A DNA stretch of 64,000 nucleotides from an uncultured Verrucomicrobiae bacterium (GTDB taxonomy: Bacteria > Verrucomicrobiota > Verrucomicrobiia > Chthoniobacterales > JAATET01). The DNA lies in the NCBI GenBank assembly GCA_963719495.1, contig CAVRCI010000004.1:1-64000 (forward strand). The letters are read 5' to 3'. The notes below the pieces were generated by a model that saw only the letters and a list, made by a program, of their open reading frames with translations, had not been told where the DNA came from and searched no databases. Below, piece by piece: positions 47,725 through 56,759 of this stretch; the stretch's first letter is position 1; the number at the start of each line of letters is the position of its first letter. A program made the translations under genes and the position numbers.

Positions 47725-49254
47725 TCACGAGGGAAGGAGCATGAAGCAGAGGCCCATGATGAGGGTGGGGATCAGCGCTGCGAGGAGGAGCTTGAGCGGA
47801 TTGACGCCGTCGGGGCCGAAGTATTTTTGGAGGATCGATTGGCCCGCTGGGTTGGGCGCGTTGGCGATGACCGTGAGGCCGCCGCCGGTGACTGCGCCCG
47901 CGACGACCGCGTATTTGAGTTCGTCGGAAAAGTTGGGGACCAGCGAGGCGAGATACGTGATGGCGGCGTTATCGTTGAAGGCCGTGAGGACGACGGCCCC
48001 GATCATGAGGGGCGTCTCGGTGAGGCTGCTGAGGACGGGCGCGATCCACCAGGCTTGGAATCCGCCGTGGATGACGAGGGACGCGAGGAAAAATCCGACG
48101 AGGAGCGGGGAGCGAAGTTTGATGAGGTCCTGATTACGCTCGGTCGCCTGAACGTAAGCGATGAACAACAGGAGGCTGAGGACGACGAGGGCCGGGTGGT
48201 GCGAGACGAAAACGACCCACGCGATGAAGCCAAGGTGGGTGAGCGTGATCCAGAGCGGGACGTCGCGCTGATCGGATTGTTTCATTTCCGGGTCGACCTT
48301 GAGCGCGGTCAATTCTTTCCGGAATGCCGCGAAGAAAATGGCGTTGGCAACGAGGATTCCGATGACGGCTTTCCAGCCGAAGTGGGTGAACATGAAAACG
48401 AGTCCCCAATCCCAGGTGGCGGCCACCATGACGACGGGCGGCGCGGCGAAGTGATCGAGCGTGCCGCCGACGGAGATGTTGACGAAGAGCAGGCCGATCG
48501 TCGCGTAGCGGAGGTTCATGCTCGGCTTGAGCTTGTAAAAACGGTCGACCAGCAGAATGGCGCAGATCGTCATCGCGGCAGGTTCCGTGATGAACGAGCC
48601 GAGGAGCGGGCCGACGGTGAGAATCGAGAGCCACCACGCGGCGGGGGTGCTGCCGCCGAGGGACGCGACCTTGGCCAGCGCCAGCTCCGCGATGTGCAGA
48701 ACGGGTCGCGAACTGGCGATGATCATGATCGCGACGACGAAAATCGGTTCGGTGAAATTGACGTGGTCGATGTAGGAAAAGAGATCGTCGAGCCCGGCGA
48801 AGGCGAGGACGGCGATGCCGAGCGGAATCAGCCAGATTCCGAAGACGGCTTCGACTTCGCCGAGGAAGTGAAACAGGGTGGATTTGAACTGCAGCCAGTC
48901 CCGGCGGGAAGTGACGGCCCGGGGCGACTCGGGATGGGCCTCGTCGGACTCGAGTCGTTGGAACCTTTCGTGATAACCGTGCGAGATCGAAAGGAACTTG
49001 GAGGCGAGAAACGTGTGGACGATGGCTCCAAGGAAAATGAGCGAGCCGACGAGGTTGAAGGGTTCCTGCTTGATTCGATCCAGGAGGACGGCTCCGACGT
49101 GCGGGAGACCGGCGTCGTTGTAGGACTCCAGCGACGGTGGGAAACTGGCCTGCTGAGCGGCGGCGAGGGAGTCCGCCGAGGCGTGGGCCGTGCCGACCGA
49201 CGCGCCGATCCAGAACAGAAATGCGGCAAGGCAGAGGGTGAAGCGGGTTCTCAT
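47725..49254 (-). CDS. Putative Na+/H+ antiporter (DUF1504 family)
   Basis: HFLGEVEAVFGIW, GSFITEPAAMT, NISVGGTL, TAFNDNAAITYL, GGGLTVIANAPNPAG. Confidence 0.88.
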   Translation of the reverse strand: MRTRFTLCLAAFLFWIGASVGTAHASADSLAAAQQASFPPSLESYNDAGLPHVGAVLLDRIKQEPFNLVGSLIFLGAIVHTFLASKFLSISHGYHERFQRLESDEAHPESPRAVTSRRDWLQFKSTLFHFLGEVEAVFGIWLIPLGIAVLAFAGLDDLFSYIDHVNFTEPIFVVAIMIIASSRPVLHIAELALAKVASLGGSTPAAWWLSILTVGPLLGSFITEPAAMTICAILLVDRFYKLKPSMNLRYATIGLLFVNISVGGTLDHFAAPPVVMVAATWDWGLVFMFTHFGWKAVIGILVANAIFFAAFRKELTALKVDPEMKQSDQRDVPLWITLTHLGFIAWVVFVSHHPALVVLSLLLFIAYVQATERNQDLIKLRSPLLVGFFLASLVIHGGFQAWWIAPVLSSLTETPLMIGAVVLTAFNDNAAITYLASLVPNFSDELKYAVVAGAVTGGGLTVIANAPNPAGQSILQKYFGPDGVNPLKLLLAALIPTLIMGLCFMLLPS

Positions 49255-49272
49255 TGTGGCGGTGGCGCGGGA

Positions 49273-50145
49273 CTATGCCGAAGTTTCTTCCGACTTGGCA
49301 ACCGGAAGTGGTCCCGGCGTCGATTTCTCGAGCTCGGACCGGAGTTGGCGCAGATCCTTGTCGATGCGTTCGAGCAGGTCGCGGGTTTCCGGCGCCAAAG
49401 TCCCGGGTTCCGGGGTGAGCGCGAGTTCCTGCATCGTCGAGACGATGATGCCGATGAAGAGATTGAGAATCGTGAACGTCGCGATGATGATGAACGGCAC
49501 GAAGAAGGCCCAAGCCCACGGGTGCGTGAGCATGACGGGGCGGACGATCCCCATCGACCAGCTCTCGAGCGTCATGATCTGGAAGAGTGAATAGAGACTC
49601 GCGCCGAGTGAGCCGAACCATTCGTCGTGCGTCGCTCCGAAGAGGCGGGTGGCGAGCACTCCCGCGGTGTAGAAGAAAATCGCCATCACCGCGACGACGC
49701 CGGCCAGACCCGGGATCGCGTGCAGAAACGCGGCGACGACTTTGCGAAGCGCGGGAATGACGGTAAGTAAACGCAGGACGCGGAGGACGCGGAGCGAACG
49801 CAGGACGGCCCAGGGTCCGGCGCCGGGGACGAGAGCGACGCCGACGACGAGGAAGTCGAAGACGTTCCAACCGCTTCGCCAGAAGGCGAGACGGTAGGCC
49901 AGGAGCTTGGCGGCGATTTCGACGATGAAGATGACGAGGCAGGCCTTGTCGACGATCAGAAGCGGGAAGCCCCATCGGGCCATGATCGCGGCATCGGTTT
50001 CCAGACCCAGCACGACGGCGTTGAGCAGGATGACGCCGATGATGAAAGACTGAACCCGGGTGGATTCGACCCACGTCGCCAGCGTGATCCGCCACGGCGA
50101 GACGCCGCGTCTGGCGAGAAGATTTTGGAGGTCGATGTCGCCCAC
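49273..50145 (-). CDS. Bacterial voltage-gated sodium channel (BacNav, ion transporter family)
   Basis: S4 LRSLRVLRVLRLL, WNVFDF, selectivity filter FQIMTLESWSMGIVRP, C-terminal coiled coil. Confidence 0.92.
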   Translation of the reverse strand: MGDIDLQNLLARRGVSPWRITLATWVESTRVQSFIIGVILLNAVVLGLETDAAIMARWGFPLLIVDKACLVIFIVEIAAKLLAYRLAFWRSGWNVFDFLVVGVALVPGAGPWAVLRSLRVLRVLRLLTVIPALRKVVAAFLHAIPGLAGVVAVMAIFFYTAGVLATRLFGATHDEWFGSLGASLYSLFQIMTLESWSMGIVRPVMLTHPWAWAFFVPFIIIATFTILNLFIGIIVSTMQELALTPEPGTLAPETRDLLERIDKDLRQLRSELEKSTPGPLPVAKSEETSA

Positions 50146-50199
50146 GGCGGGAATAGGTAGCGATGGAACCCGGCGCGTGCCACCGGATTTTTTGTCGAC

Positions 50200-51093
50200 T
50201 CAACGCAGGGCCCGCGACGCCGCGTCGGAGATCGCGGCGGCACCCAATTGCTGAAACTCTCGTTCCGGAGTGATCAGAAAAAGGTCTTCGGTCACTCCGG
50301 ACGAGATGGCGAGGCGGACGAGGCCGTAGCGGACCGCGACCGACTTGGCGGCGGGTCGCAAGACCGGGACAGCCCCGGTGGCGGCGGCCGCCAGCTCGAA
50401 CATGGTGGCCGTGTCGTCGAATTCGCCCACGACGCGCGGGACGATCCCGGCGGCGTGCCACGTCGCGTCGAGCTGCCGCCGCAAGGGTGACTCGCGGGTG
50501 GGCAGGAGGACCGGAAAGTCGTCGAGCCCCGAGGCCCGGCGGAAGCGGGCCTTCAGGCTGGGGGACGCCATGAAATCGATGGCGAACGAGCCGATCTTCC
50601 TGCTGTGCAGAATCGTGCGGAGGGACGAAGGCGCGGGTTCGTTGGCGATCACGAGATCGAGCTGGTGCGCCGCGAGCGCGGGCACGAGTTCGCTGGGAAG
50701 ACCCTCGCGGACAATCACGCGAAGGGTGGAAAGCGTGGCGAGCGCGGATTCGAGGATGCGGGCGGCAATGAGTTTCGGGACCGAATCGGTGATCCCGACC
50801 AGGGTGCGTTCCGGCACGCCGACACCGCCCCGGGTCACGACCTCGACCAGTTCGTCTCCGAGCAGGATGATCCGCTCCGCGTAGCGGCGAACGATCCGCC
50901 CGGTCTCGGTGAGCGTCATTCTACGGTGCTCGCGCTGAAACAGAGGGGTGCCAAGAAACGCTTCGAACTCGGAGATTTGCGCACTCAAGGTCGGCGGCGA
51001 GACGGCGATCTGACGGGCGGCTCCGGCGATGCCGCCCGCTTCGGCGACGGCGAAGAAGTAGCGGAGATGGTGGTAGTTGAGTTGGGTGTTCAT
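50200..51093 (-). CDS. LysR-family regulator, NhaR-like
   Basis: LNYHHLRYF HTH start, VGITDSVPK, GEFDDTA. Confidence 0.85.
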   Translation of the reverse strand: MNTQLNYHHLRYFFAVAEAGGIAGAARQIAVSPPTLSAQISEFEAFLGTPLFQREHRRMTLTETGRIVRRYAERIILLGDELVEVVTRGGVGVPERTLVGITDSVPKLIAARILESALATLSTLRVIVREGLPSELVPALAAHQLDLVIANEPAPSSLRTILHSRKIGSFAIDFMASPSLKARFRRASGLDDFPVLLPTRESPLRRQLDATWHAAGIVPRVVGEFDDTATMFELAAAATGAVPVLRPAAKSVAVRYGLVRLAISSGVTEDLFLITPEREFQQLGAAAISDAASRALR

Positions 51094-51096
51094 GAA

Positions 51097-51111
51097 TTCG
51101 GAAAAAACGAA
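51097..51111. promoter_or_regulatory. LysR-type operator dyad TTCG-N7-CGAA in the divergent intergenic region
   Basis: ttcggaaaaaacgaa (contains T-N11-A) immediately upstream of the LysR ATG, in an AT-rich spacer. Confidence 0.6.
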
Positions 51112-51168
51112 CGATCAGTTAGTTACTTCGTATTTTAAAAATTTGGAAGCGTCGTCGATGATCCGGCG

Positions 51169-51861
51169 ATGATTCCTTTGATTCTATTGTTTGTCGGGAC
51201 GATGGGCCTTTCCCTCTGGGCTGGCTGGCGGGTGAAGAGCGTGTATCGCCGGTACGCGGATGTCGGGACGGTGGCCGGACTGACCGGAGCGGAAGCGGCG
51301 CGCCGCATCATGGCCGCCGAAGGGGTCGACCGCGTCGAAATCTTGGCGCGGGAAGGGATGCTGGGTGACCACTACGATCCGATTCATCGGCGGCTCGTGC
51401 TGAGCGACGAGAATTACCACGGATCATCGGTGTCGGCGGTGGCGGTCGCCGCGCACGAGGCGGGGCACGCGATCCAGCACGCCCGGGGTTATGCGCCGCT
51501 CGAGTGGCGAATGATGGCGGTTGGGGCGACCACCTTCGCGAGTCAGTTGGTGATGTGGCTGCCCCTGATCGGTCTCTTCACGGGATTGGTCTCGGGGTCG
51601 CTGATGCTGACGATCATGGCGGTTGGTTGGGGGGTGATCATGCTCTTCAATCTGGTGACGCTGCCGGTCGAATTCGACGCGTCGAGCCGCGCCAAGCGGG
51701 CGCTGGCCAACGCGGGGATCGTCATCGGCGTCTCCGAAGCGGACGGCGTGAACCGGGTGCTCAACGCGGCGGCCTTCACCTACGTCGCCGCCTTTATCAC
51801 TTCGTTTGCCTACCTCGTCTGGCACCTGCTGCCGCTCCTGATGGGACGTTCCGAGGAATGA
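51169..51861 (+). CDS. Membrane zinc metallopeptidase (YugP / Zn_peptidase_2)
   Basis: LGDHYDP, AAHEAGHAIQH, TLPVEFDASSRA, AAAFTYV. Confidence 0.92.
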   Translation: MIPLILLFVGTMGLSLWAGWRVKSVYRRYADVGTVAGLTGAEAARRIMAAEGVDRVEILAREGMLGDHYDPIHRRLVLSDENYHGSSVSAVAVAAHEAGHAIQHARGYAPLEWRMMAVGATTFASQLVMWLPLIGLFTGLVSGSLMLTIMAVGWGVIMLFNLVTLPVEFDASSRAKRALANAGIVIGVSEADGVNRVLNAAAFTYVAAFITSFAYLVWHLLPLLMGRSEE

Positions 51862-51865
51862 AATT

Positions 51866-52258
51866 ATGAAAGACAAATCAGAAACGGCGCAGACCTTCGA
51901 CGAACACATCGAGGCCGAACGGGTTCACATCAACCGCGCGGCAATGATTCGGCTCGTGGGGTTCTCGGAACGGGTGCGGGCAAAATTGGCGGAGCCGGGG
52001 GCGGTGGCGATCCCCGCGCTCGTCGAAGGGGGGGAGCGATTGATGCGCGCGCTGGAGAGGGGCAACGCGGAAGGAATCCGGGACCCGCTGCCTTCGGCGG
52101 TGGCGGAGGCCGGTGTGGCGATCCAATACCTTCTCAAAGGGATGGACTTGATCCCGGATTCGGTTCCAGGTTTGGGGTTTCTCGACGACGCGGCACTGAT
52201 CGCGAAAGTGATCGATCGGAATCCGGAGTTCCACGACCCGGCGTGGCGGAATTCCTAG
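51866..52258 (+). CDS. YkvA/DUF1232 family protein
   Basis: YLLKGMDLIPDSVPGLGFLDD. Confidence 0.8.
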   Translation: MKDKSETAQTFDEHIEAERVHINRAAMIRLVGFSERVRAKLAEPGAVAIPALVEGGERLMRALERGNAEGIRDPLPSAVAEAGVAIQYLLKGMDLIPDSVPGLGFLDDAALIAKVIDRNPEFHDPAWRNS

Positions 52259-52267
52259 CCGGTCGTA

Positions 52268-53746
52268 TCAGTCGGCGGTCCGGGCCCAGGTCCAGGGGGT
52301 GGCTTCCTGGCCTTCGGCGGTGGGCCAACCGGGGCTGGTGAGGACGTAACTCGTCGGGCTGTCCTGCCGGTAGGCGAGCGGCTCGGCGGTCATCGGATCG
52401 ACGGGAACGGACGTGATCCACTCGGGCTCGAGCGCGCCGAGGGTCTCCGGGTATTCACCGTTGGCGAGTCGGTAGCGCTCGAGGGCGCAGGCGACGCGGG
52501 CCTGGACGAGGGTGACCTGGACCTGCGCGAAAATGGAGGCTTCGCTGGCGAGCTTGGCGAGGTGGTCGGTGGCGGTGGAGGGTAATTTGGCGGCGACGTC
52601 CTCGGGAGGCAGCAGCGAGTCGGGAGCGAGTGGGGTGGTGTCGCCGTTGAGGCGGTCGATGAGGTGCTGAAACGCGCGGTTCGCGGCGACCTGGCGGACG
52701 CGGAGAGCGTTCATGTCGAGGCTGGTGACGTCGTCGCCGAGCCAGGCCTGAACTTCGGTGGAGGCCTGGGGCTGGCGGCCGGAGAGGGCGTTGTGGACGA
52801 CGGAGTTGAGCTGAGAGCGTTCGCCGCGGAGAGCCCACGCGAGGTCGGTGAGGGTGCCGTTGTGATCGAGGGCCGAGCCGAAGGCATTGAGTTGATCGTC
52901 GTTCCAGGAGCCGCGCTGGAGTCCGACGCGAATGCAGGCGACGAAGAGGCCGAGGAGTTTGCGCCGGGTTTGTTGGGAGGGGAGGAAGGGCTCGGCGGAA
53001 ACCGAGGCGGCGAGACGCCAGATGAGCAGAGCGTCGACGGCGGCGGCGCCGGTGTCGCCGACGGAGATTTCGGAGATGGCTTTGATGACGAGCCAATCGC
53101 CGAGGGCTTCGAGGTAGGGGAGGTGGGGAAGGTCGGCGGTGAGCTTGGCGTAGTAATTGATCGGAAACTGCGATCCGGCGCGGTCGGCGGTCTCGGTGAG
53201 CGGCGTGAAATCGAGGCCGAGCTGCTGGATGGCGGCGAGGACTCGGTCGCCGGCGAGGAGGTAATCGGTCTTGGGATTGGTGAGGCCGGCGCGGAGCAGG
53301 ATGGTGGCGATGGCGTCGAGGCTGGCGCCGCCGGGAGCTTGGGCGGCGGTCGCGAGGAGGGTGCCGACTTGAATGCCGCGGCCGGGGTAAAGGGCTTTTT
53401 CCAGGAGGCCGGGGGGTTGGTTCGCTGGGAGCTGGATGCCGGGGACGATGGGAGCCCAGGTGGCGCTGACGAAAAAATTCTGCCCGGGCGGCAGGTCGGG
53501 TGGGATGACGTCGTCGAAGTAAACCGGCTCGCCGGCTTCGCGGTAATCGTGGACGAGCGCGCGCCATTCCGTGTGGGTGCCGAGCTGGTAGCCGCCATTG
53601 AGAACGCCGAATACGCCGAGACCGACGGCGCTGAGGACGCCGATGATGATGACGGTCGTGGCGATCGGGCCGGTGCGGCCGCGTCCGCGAGCACGGCGGC
53701 GATTGCGGCGGTAGCGGCGGCGGGCTTTGGAGTTCTCGGGAATCAA
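52268..53746 (-). CDS. Membrane-anchored hypothetical protein with a pseudopilin-like C-terminal motif
   Basis: Basic N-terminus + TM helix; ALERYRLANGEYPETLGAL…PVDPMT. Confidence 0.7.
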   Translation of the reverse strand: MIPENSKARRRYRRNRRRARGRGRTGPIATTVIIIGVLSAVGLGVFGVLNGGYQLGTHTEWRALVHDYREAGEPVYFDDVIPPDLPPGQNFFVSATWAPIVPGIQLPANQPPGLLEKALYPGRGIQVGTLLATAAQAPGGASLDAIATILLRAGLTNPKTDYLLAGDRVLAAIQQLGLDFTPLTETADRAGSQFPINYYAKLTADLPHLPYLEALGDWLVIKAISEISVGDTGAAAVDALLIWRLAASVSAEPFLPSQQTRRKLLGLFVACIRVGLQRGSWNDDQLNAFGSALDHNGTLTDLAWALRGERSQLNSVVHNALSGRQPQASTEVQAWLGDDVTSLDMNALRVRQVAANRAFQHLIDRLNGDTTPLAPDSLLPPEDVAAKLPSTATDHLAKLASEASIFAQVQVTLVQARVACALERYRLANGEYPETLGALEPEWITSVPVDPMTAEPLAYRQDSPTSYVLTSPGWPTAEGQEATPWTWARTAD

Positions 53747-53810
53747 GAGAACGGGAGAATTTCGCGTTTTCGGTTCCGGTGCAACTTTGAACTCGGTCGC
53801 GCGGTGGCGA

Positions 53811-54806
53811 TCATTCGGCGAGGGCGGCGAGGAGGCGTTCGGTGGTGATGTCGGACGTGTTTTTGCCCATTTGAATGACGCGGGACCGGGGGTTGCGGGG
53901 ACGCCAATGGAAGGGGTTCGTGGGGCCGAAGAGGGCGACGACCGGGGTGCCGAGGGCGTCGGCGAGGTGGACGGGGGCGCTGTCGACGGCGATCACGAGG
54001 GCGGCGCGTTGGATGAGGGCGGCGGTGCCGAGGAGGGTGAGCTGGCCGGCTAGGTTGGTGATTGGGGAATGGTTGATGGTGAATGGTGGGGTGAGGATGC
54101 GGGTGAGGTGGTCTTGTTCGGTGGGGTCGTTACTGCCGGTGAGGAGGAGTGATTGGTGGCTGGTGATGGGGGATTGGTGGAGTTGCTTGATGAGCTGCGC
54201 CCATCTTTCCGGGAGCCAGTATTTTTCGGGGCGGGCGGTGCCGGGGTGGAGGATCGTGAACGGGGGTTTGATGCCGTGAGTTGCCAGGGCTTGGTCGGCT
54301 TCGGCTTGGGCGGATGCGGGGAGGTCGAGGTGGCTGGGGACGTTCTCGGCGGTGATGCCGAGGGCTTGGAGGAGGTCGGTGTGGTGGTCGGCGGTGTGGC
54401 GGTCGCGGACGGAGGAGTCGACGAAATCGGTGTAGAGCGTGCGGCGGAGGGGCCTTTTGGCGAAGCGCTGGTAGGTGACGCGGCGACGGGCTCGGCTGAG
54501 CGCAGTGAGGAGCGCGGAGCGGTCGTTGCCGGTGAAGTCGAGAGTGACGTCGAAATGGCGGGCGGCGATTTTTCCGTAGAAGCTGAGGTCGCCGGGTCGG
54601 CGGACGAGAATTTCGTCGGCGGGCAGGGCTTCGGCTAGGCCGGCGGCGTTGGCGTCGATGGCGAGGGTGAGATGGACGTCGGGAAACGCGTCGCGCAGAG
54701 CGCGGAGGACGGGAGTGGTCAGGATGACGTCGCCAATGCGCTTGAGCTGGATGAGCAGGATGCGCCGGGGGGGCGAGAAGCGAGGGTCGAGGGTCGAGGG
54801 TGGCAT
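53811..54806 (-). CDS. Glycosyltransferase family 9 (heptosyltransferase-like)
   Basis: RIGDVILTTP, HPGT…KYW, DSAPVHLADALGTPVVALFGPT. Confidence 0.92.
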   Translation of the reverse strand: MPPSTLDPRFSPPRRILLIQLKRIGDVILTTPVLRALRDAFPDVHLTLAIDANAAGLAEALPADEILVRRPGDLSFYGKIAARHFDVTLDFTGNDRSALLTALSRARRRVTYQRFAKRPLRRTLYTDFVDSSVRDRHTADHHTDLLQALGITAENVPSHLDLPASAQAEADQALATHGIKPPFTILHPGTARPEKYWLPERWAQLIKQLHQSPITSHQSLLLTGSNDPTEQDHLTRILTPPFTINHSPITNLAGQLTLLGTAALIQRAALVIAVDSAPVHLADALGTPVVALFGPTNPFHWRPRNPRSRVIQMGKNTSDITTERLLAALAE

Positions 54807-54856
54807 CCGGGTGGAGCTCAGTATTTCACTCAGCTTTCAACTTGAAACTCTCAACT

Positions 54857-56032
54857 TCAAACTCCGAGCGTCAGCGCTCGGTCATAGGCGGCGAGGACGC
54901 GTTGGCGGTAGTGGTCCCAGGTGAAATTCTCGAGGATACGCTGGCGGGCGGCCTTGCCGTAGGCGGCGGCTCGGGCGGGGTCGGCGTGGAGGGTGCGGAT
55001 CGCGGCGGCGAGGGCGGTGGGGTCGTTGGGCGGGACGAGGAGGCCGGTTTTATCGTGGAGGACGACGTCGCCGGATTCGCGGGTGGTGATCTGCGGGAGG
55101 CCGCAGGCGGCGGCTTCGTAGGTGACCTTGGCGCTGCCTTCGCACTCGGACGGGAAGACGTGGACGGTGGCGCGGCGGAGTTCGGCGGCGACGTCGTCGG
55201 TGTGGCCGCGGAGGATGACGTTCGGCGGGAGATCGCGGAGGGCGTCGGCGACGTCGGCGGTGGGATTGCCGACGAGGACGAGTTCGGCGGTGTCGGCTGG
55301 GAGGGCGAGGGTTTTCCAGGCTTCGAGGAGGACGGGGACGCCCTTACGGCGGCTGAGCGAGCCGACGAAGACGGCGCGGAATTTTTCCCGTGGAGACGGG
55401 GCGGGGGAGAACGCGGTGGGATCGACGCCGCGGGAGGTGAGGAAGAGTTTTTCTTCCGGGAGGCCGGCGATGAGGAAGGTCTCTTTCGCCTTTTCGGAGA
55501 GGACGAGGATGACGGTGGCAAGGGCGTATTCGGCCATCACCTGTTGGCGGGTGACGAGGAGCTTGTTGAGGAGGCTCTTGGGGAATCGGGCCGCGTCGCG
55601 GAGGATTTCGCTGTGGGTGATGTCCTTCTTCACCTTGCCCTTGTTGCGGTGCCAGGTCGGGATCTCGAGAACGCTGGGGATGCCAAGGCGGTGGGCGGTT
55701 TGCAGCGAGCGTAGGCAGTCGCCGGACCAGGTGTGGAGGAGGTCGTAGCGACCGGTTGCCAGGGCGCGGTCGGCGGCGCGGTCGAGGGCGTGTTTTTTGG
55801 CTCCGACGTAGAAGTCGCGCGGGAGGGGAGAGAGGAGCTTGGCGGGGTGGTATTTTAGAGTTTGGAGTTTGGATTTTGGAATGGTGGCGTCTGCCGCGCC
55901 GAAGGCGATGGCGCGGCTCAGAAAATCGCGGTCGGTGGCGGCGCGGAGGGTCTCGGCGGCGACGAGGTCGAGGCCGGTGCCGCCGATGCCGGCGGCGGTG
56001 GAGTAGAGGAGCGAGCGGGGTTCGAGCGGCAC
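54857..56032 (-). CDS. Glycosyltransferase family 4
   Basis: FVGSLSRRKG, PSECEGSAKVTYEAAACGLP. Confidence 0.9.
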   Translation of the reverse strand: MPLEPRSLLYSTAAGIGGTGLDLVAAETLRAATDRDFLSRAIAFGAADATIPKSKLQTLKYHPAKLLSPLPRDFYVGAKKHALDRAADRALATGRYDLLHTWSGDCLRSLQTAHRLGIPSVLEIPTWHRNKGKVKKDITHSEILRDAARFPKSLLNKLLVTRQQVMAEYALATVILVLSEKAKETFLIAGLPEEKLFLTSRGVDPTAFSPAPSPREKFRAVFVGSLSRRKGVPVLLEAWKTLALPADTAELVLVGNPTADVADALRDLPPNVILRGHTDDVAAELRRATVHVFPSECEGSAKVTYEAAACGLPQITTRESGDVVLHDKTGLLVPPNDPTALAAAIRTLHADPARAAAYGKAARQRILENFTWDHYRQRVLAAYDRALTLGV

Positions 56033-56114
56033 GGTCGGGGGGAGTTTACGGCTTCACGTTGGGGTGGCGATTCCGAAGATTGTCGTGGGTGGAAGATCGG
56101 GTTAGTTTGCGGAT

Positions 56115-56735
56115 ATGAACGAGCTCCTGGAACCGATCATTCAATCGCCGAAGTTTCCGGAGTTGGCGCGGACGCTGAACGAAGCTTGGGAGGCGGAGCA
56201 GCGGCGGCGGGTCGAATTCTTGGAATGGATCACGCCCTCGATGAAGGCGGAATTTATCCTCGGTGAGGTGGTGCTGCATTCGCCGGCGCGGGCCAGGCAC
56301 TTGGAGGCGACAGCCAACCTATTCCTGAATTTACGTGGGTTCTGCGAGCGGCGCGAACTGGGAAAAGTCTTCTCCGAGAAGTGTATGGTTTCGCTCACGC
56401 GGAACGATTACGAACCGGATATTGTGTTTTTCGGTCCGGAGAAGGCGGCGGAAATCGATCCGGATCAGATGCGGTTCCCGGCGCCGGATTTGATCGTCGA
56501 GATTCTGAGCGAAAGCACGGAGTCGAGGGATCGTGGAATCAAATTTCGCGATTACGCGGCGCACGGGGTTCGTGAGTATTGGATCGTCGACACCCTCGCG
56601 CTCTCCATCGAGCAATACGTCCTGGAAGCGGGATCGGACAGCTACGCGCTCCGCGAGAAGATGGGTCATGGCTCGATTCGATCGGTCGTGGTTGAAGGAT
56701 TCGAGATTGAGCTGGCGGCGATCTTCGCGACTTAG
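56115..56735 (+). CDS. Uma2 family endonuclease
   Basis: EPDIVF, PDLIVEILSEST…DRGIK..Y..HGVREYWIVD. Confidence 0.9.
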   Translation: MNELLEPIIQSPKFPELARTLNEAWEAEQRRRVEFLEWITPSMKAEFILGEVVLHSPARARHLEATANLFLNLRGFCERRELGKVFSEKCMVSLTRNDYEPDIVFFGPEKAAEIDPDQMRFPAPDLIVEILSESTESRDRGIKFRDYAAHGVREYWIVDTLALSIEQYVLEAGSDSYALREKMGHGSIRSVVVEGFEIELAAIFAT

Positions 56736-56759
56736 CGAAAGCTCGGCGACGTTCTGGCG

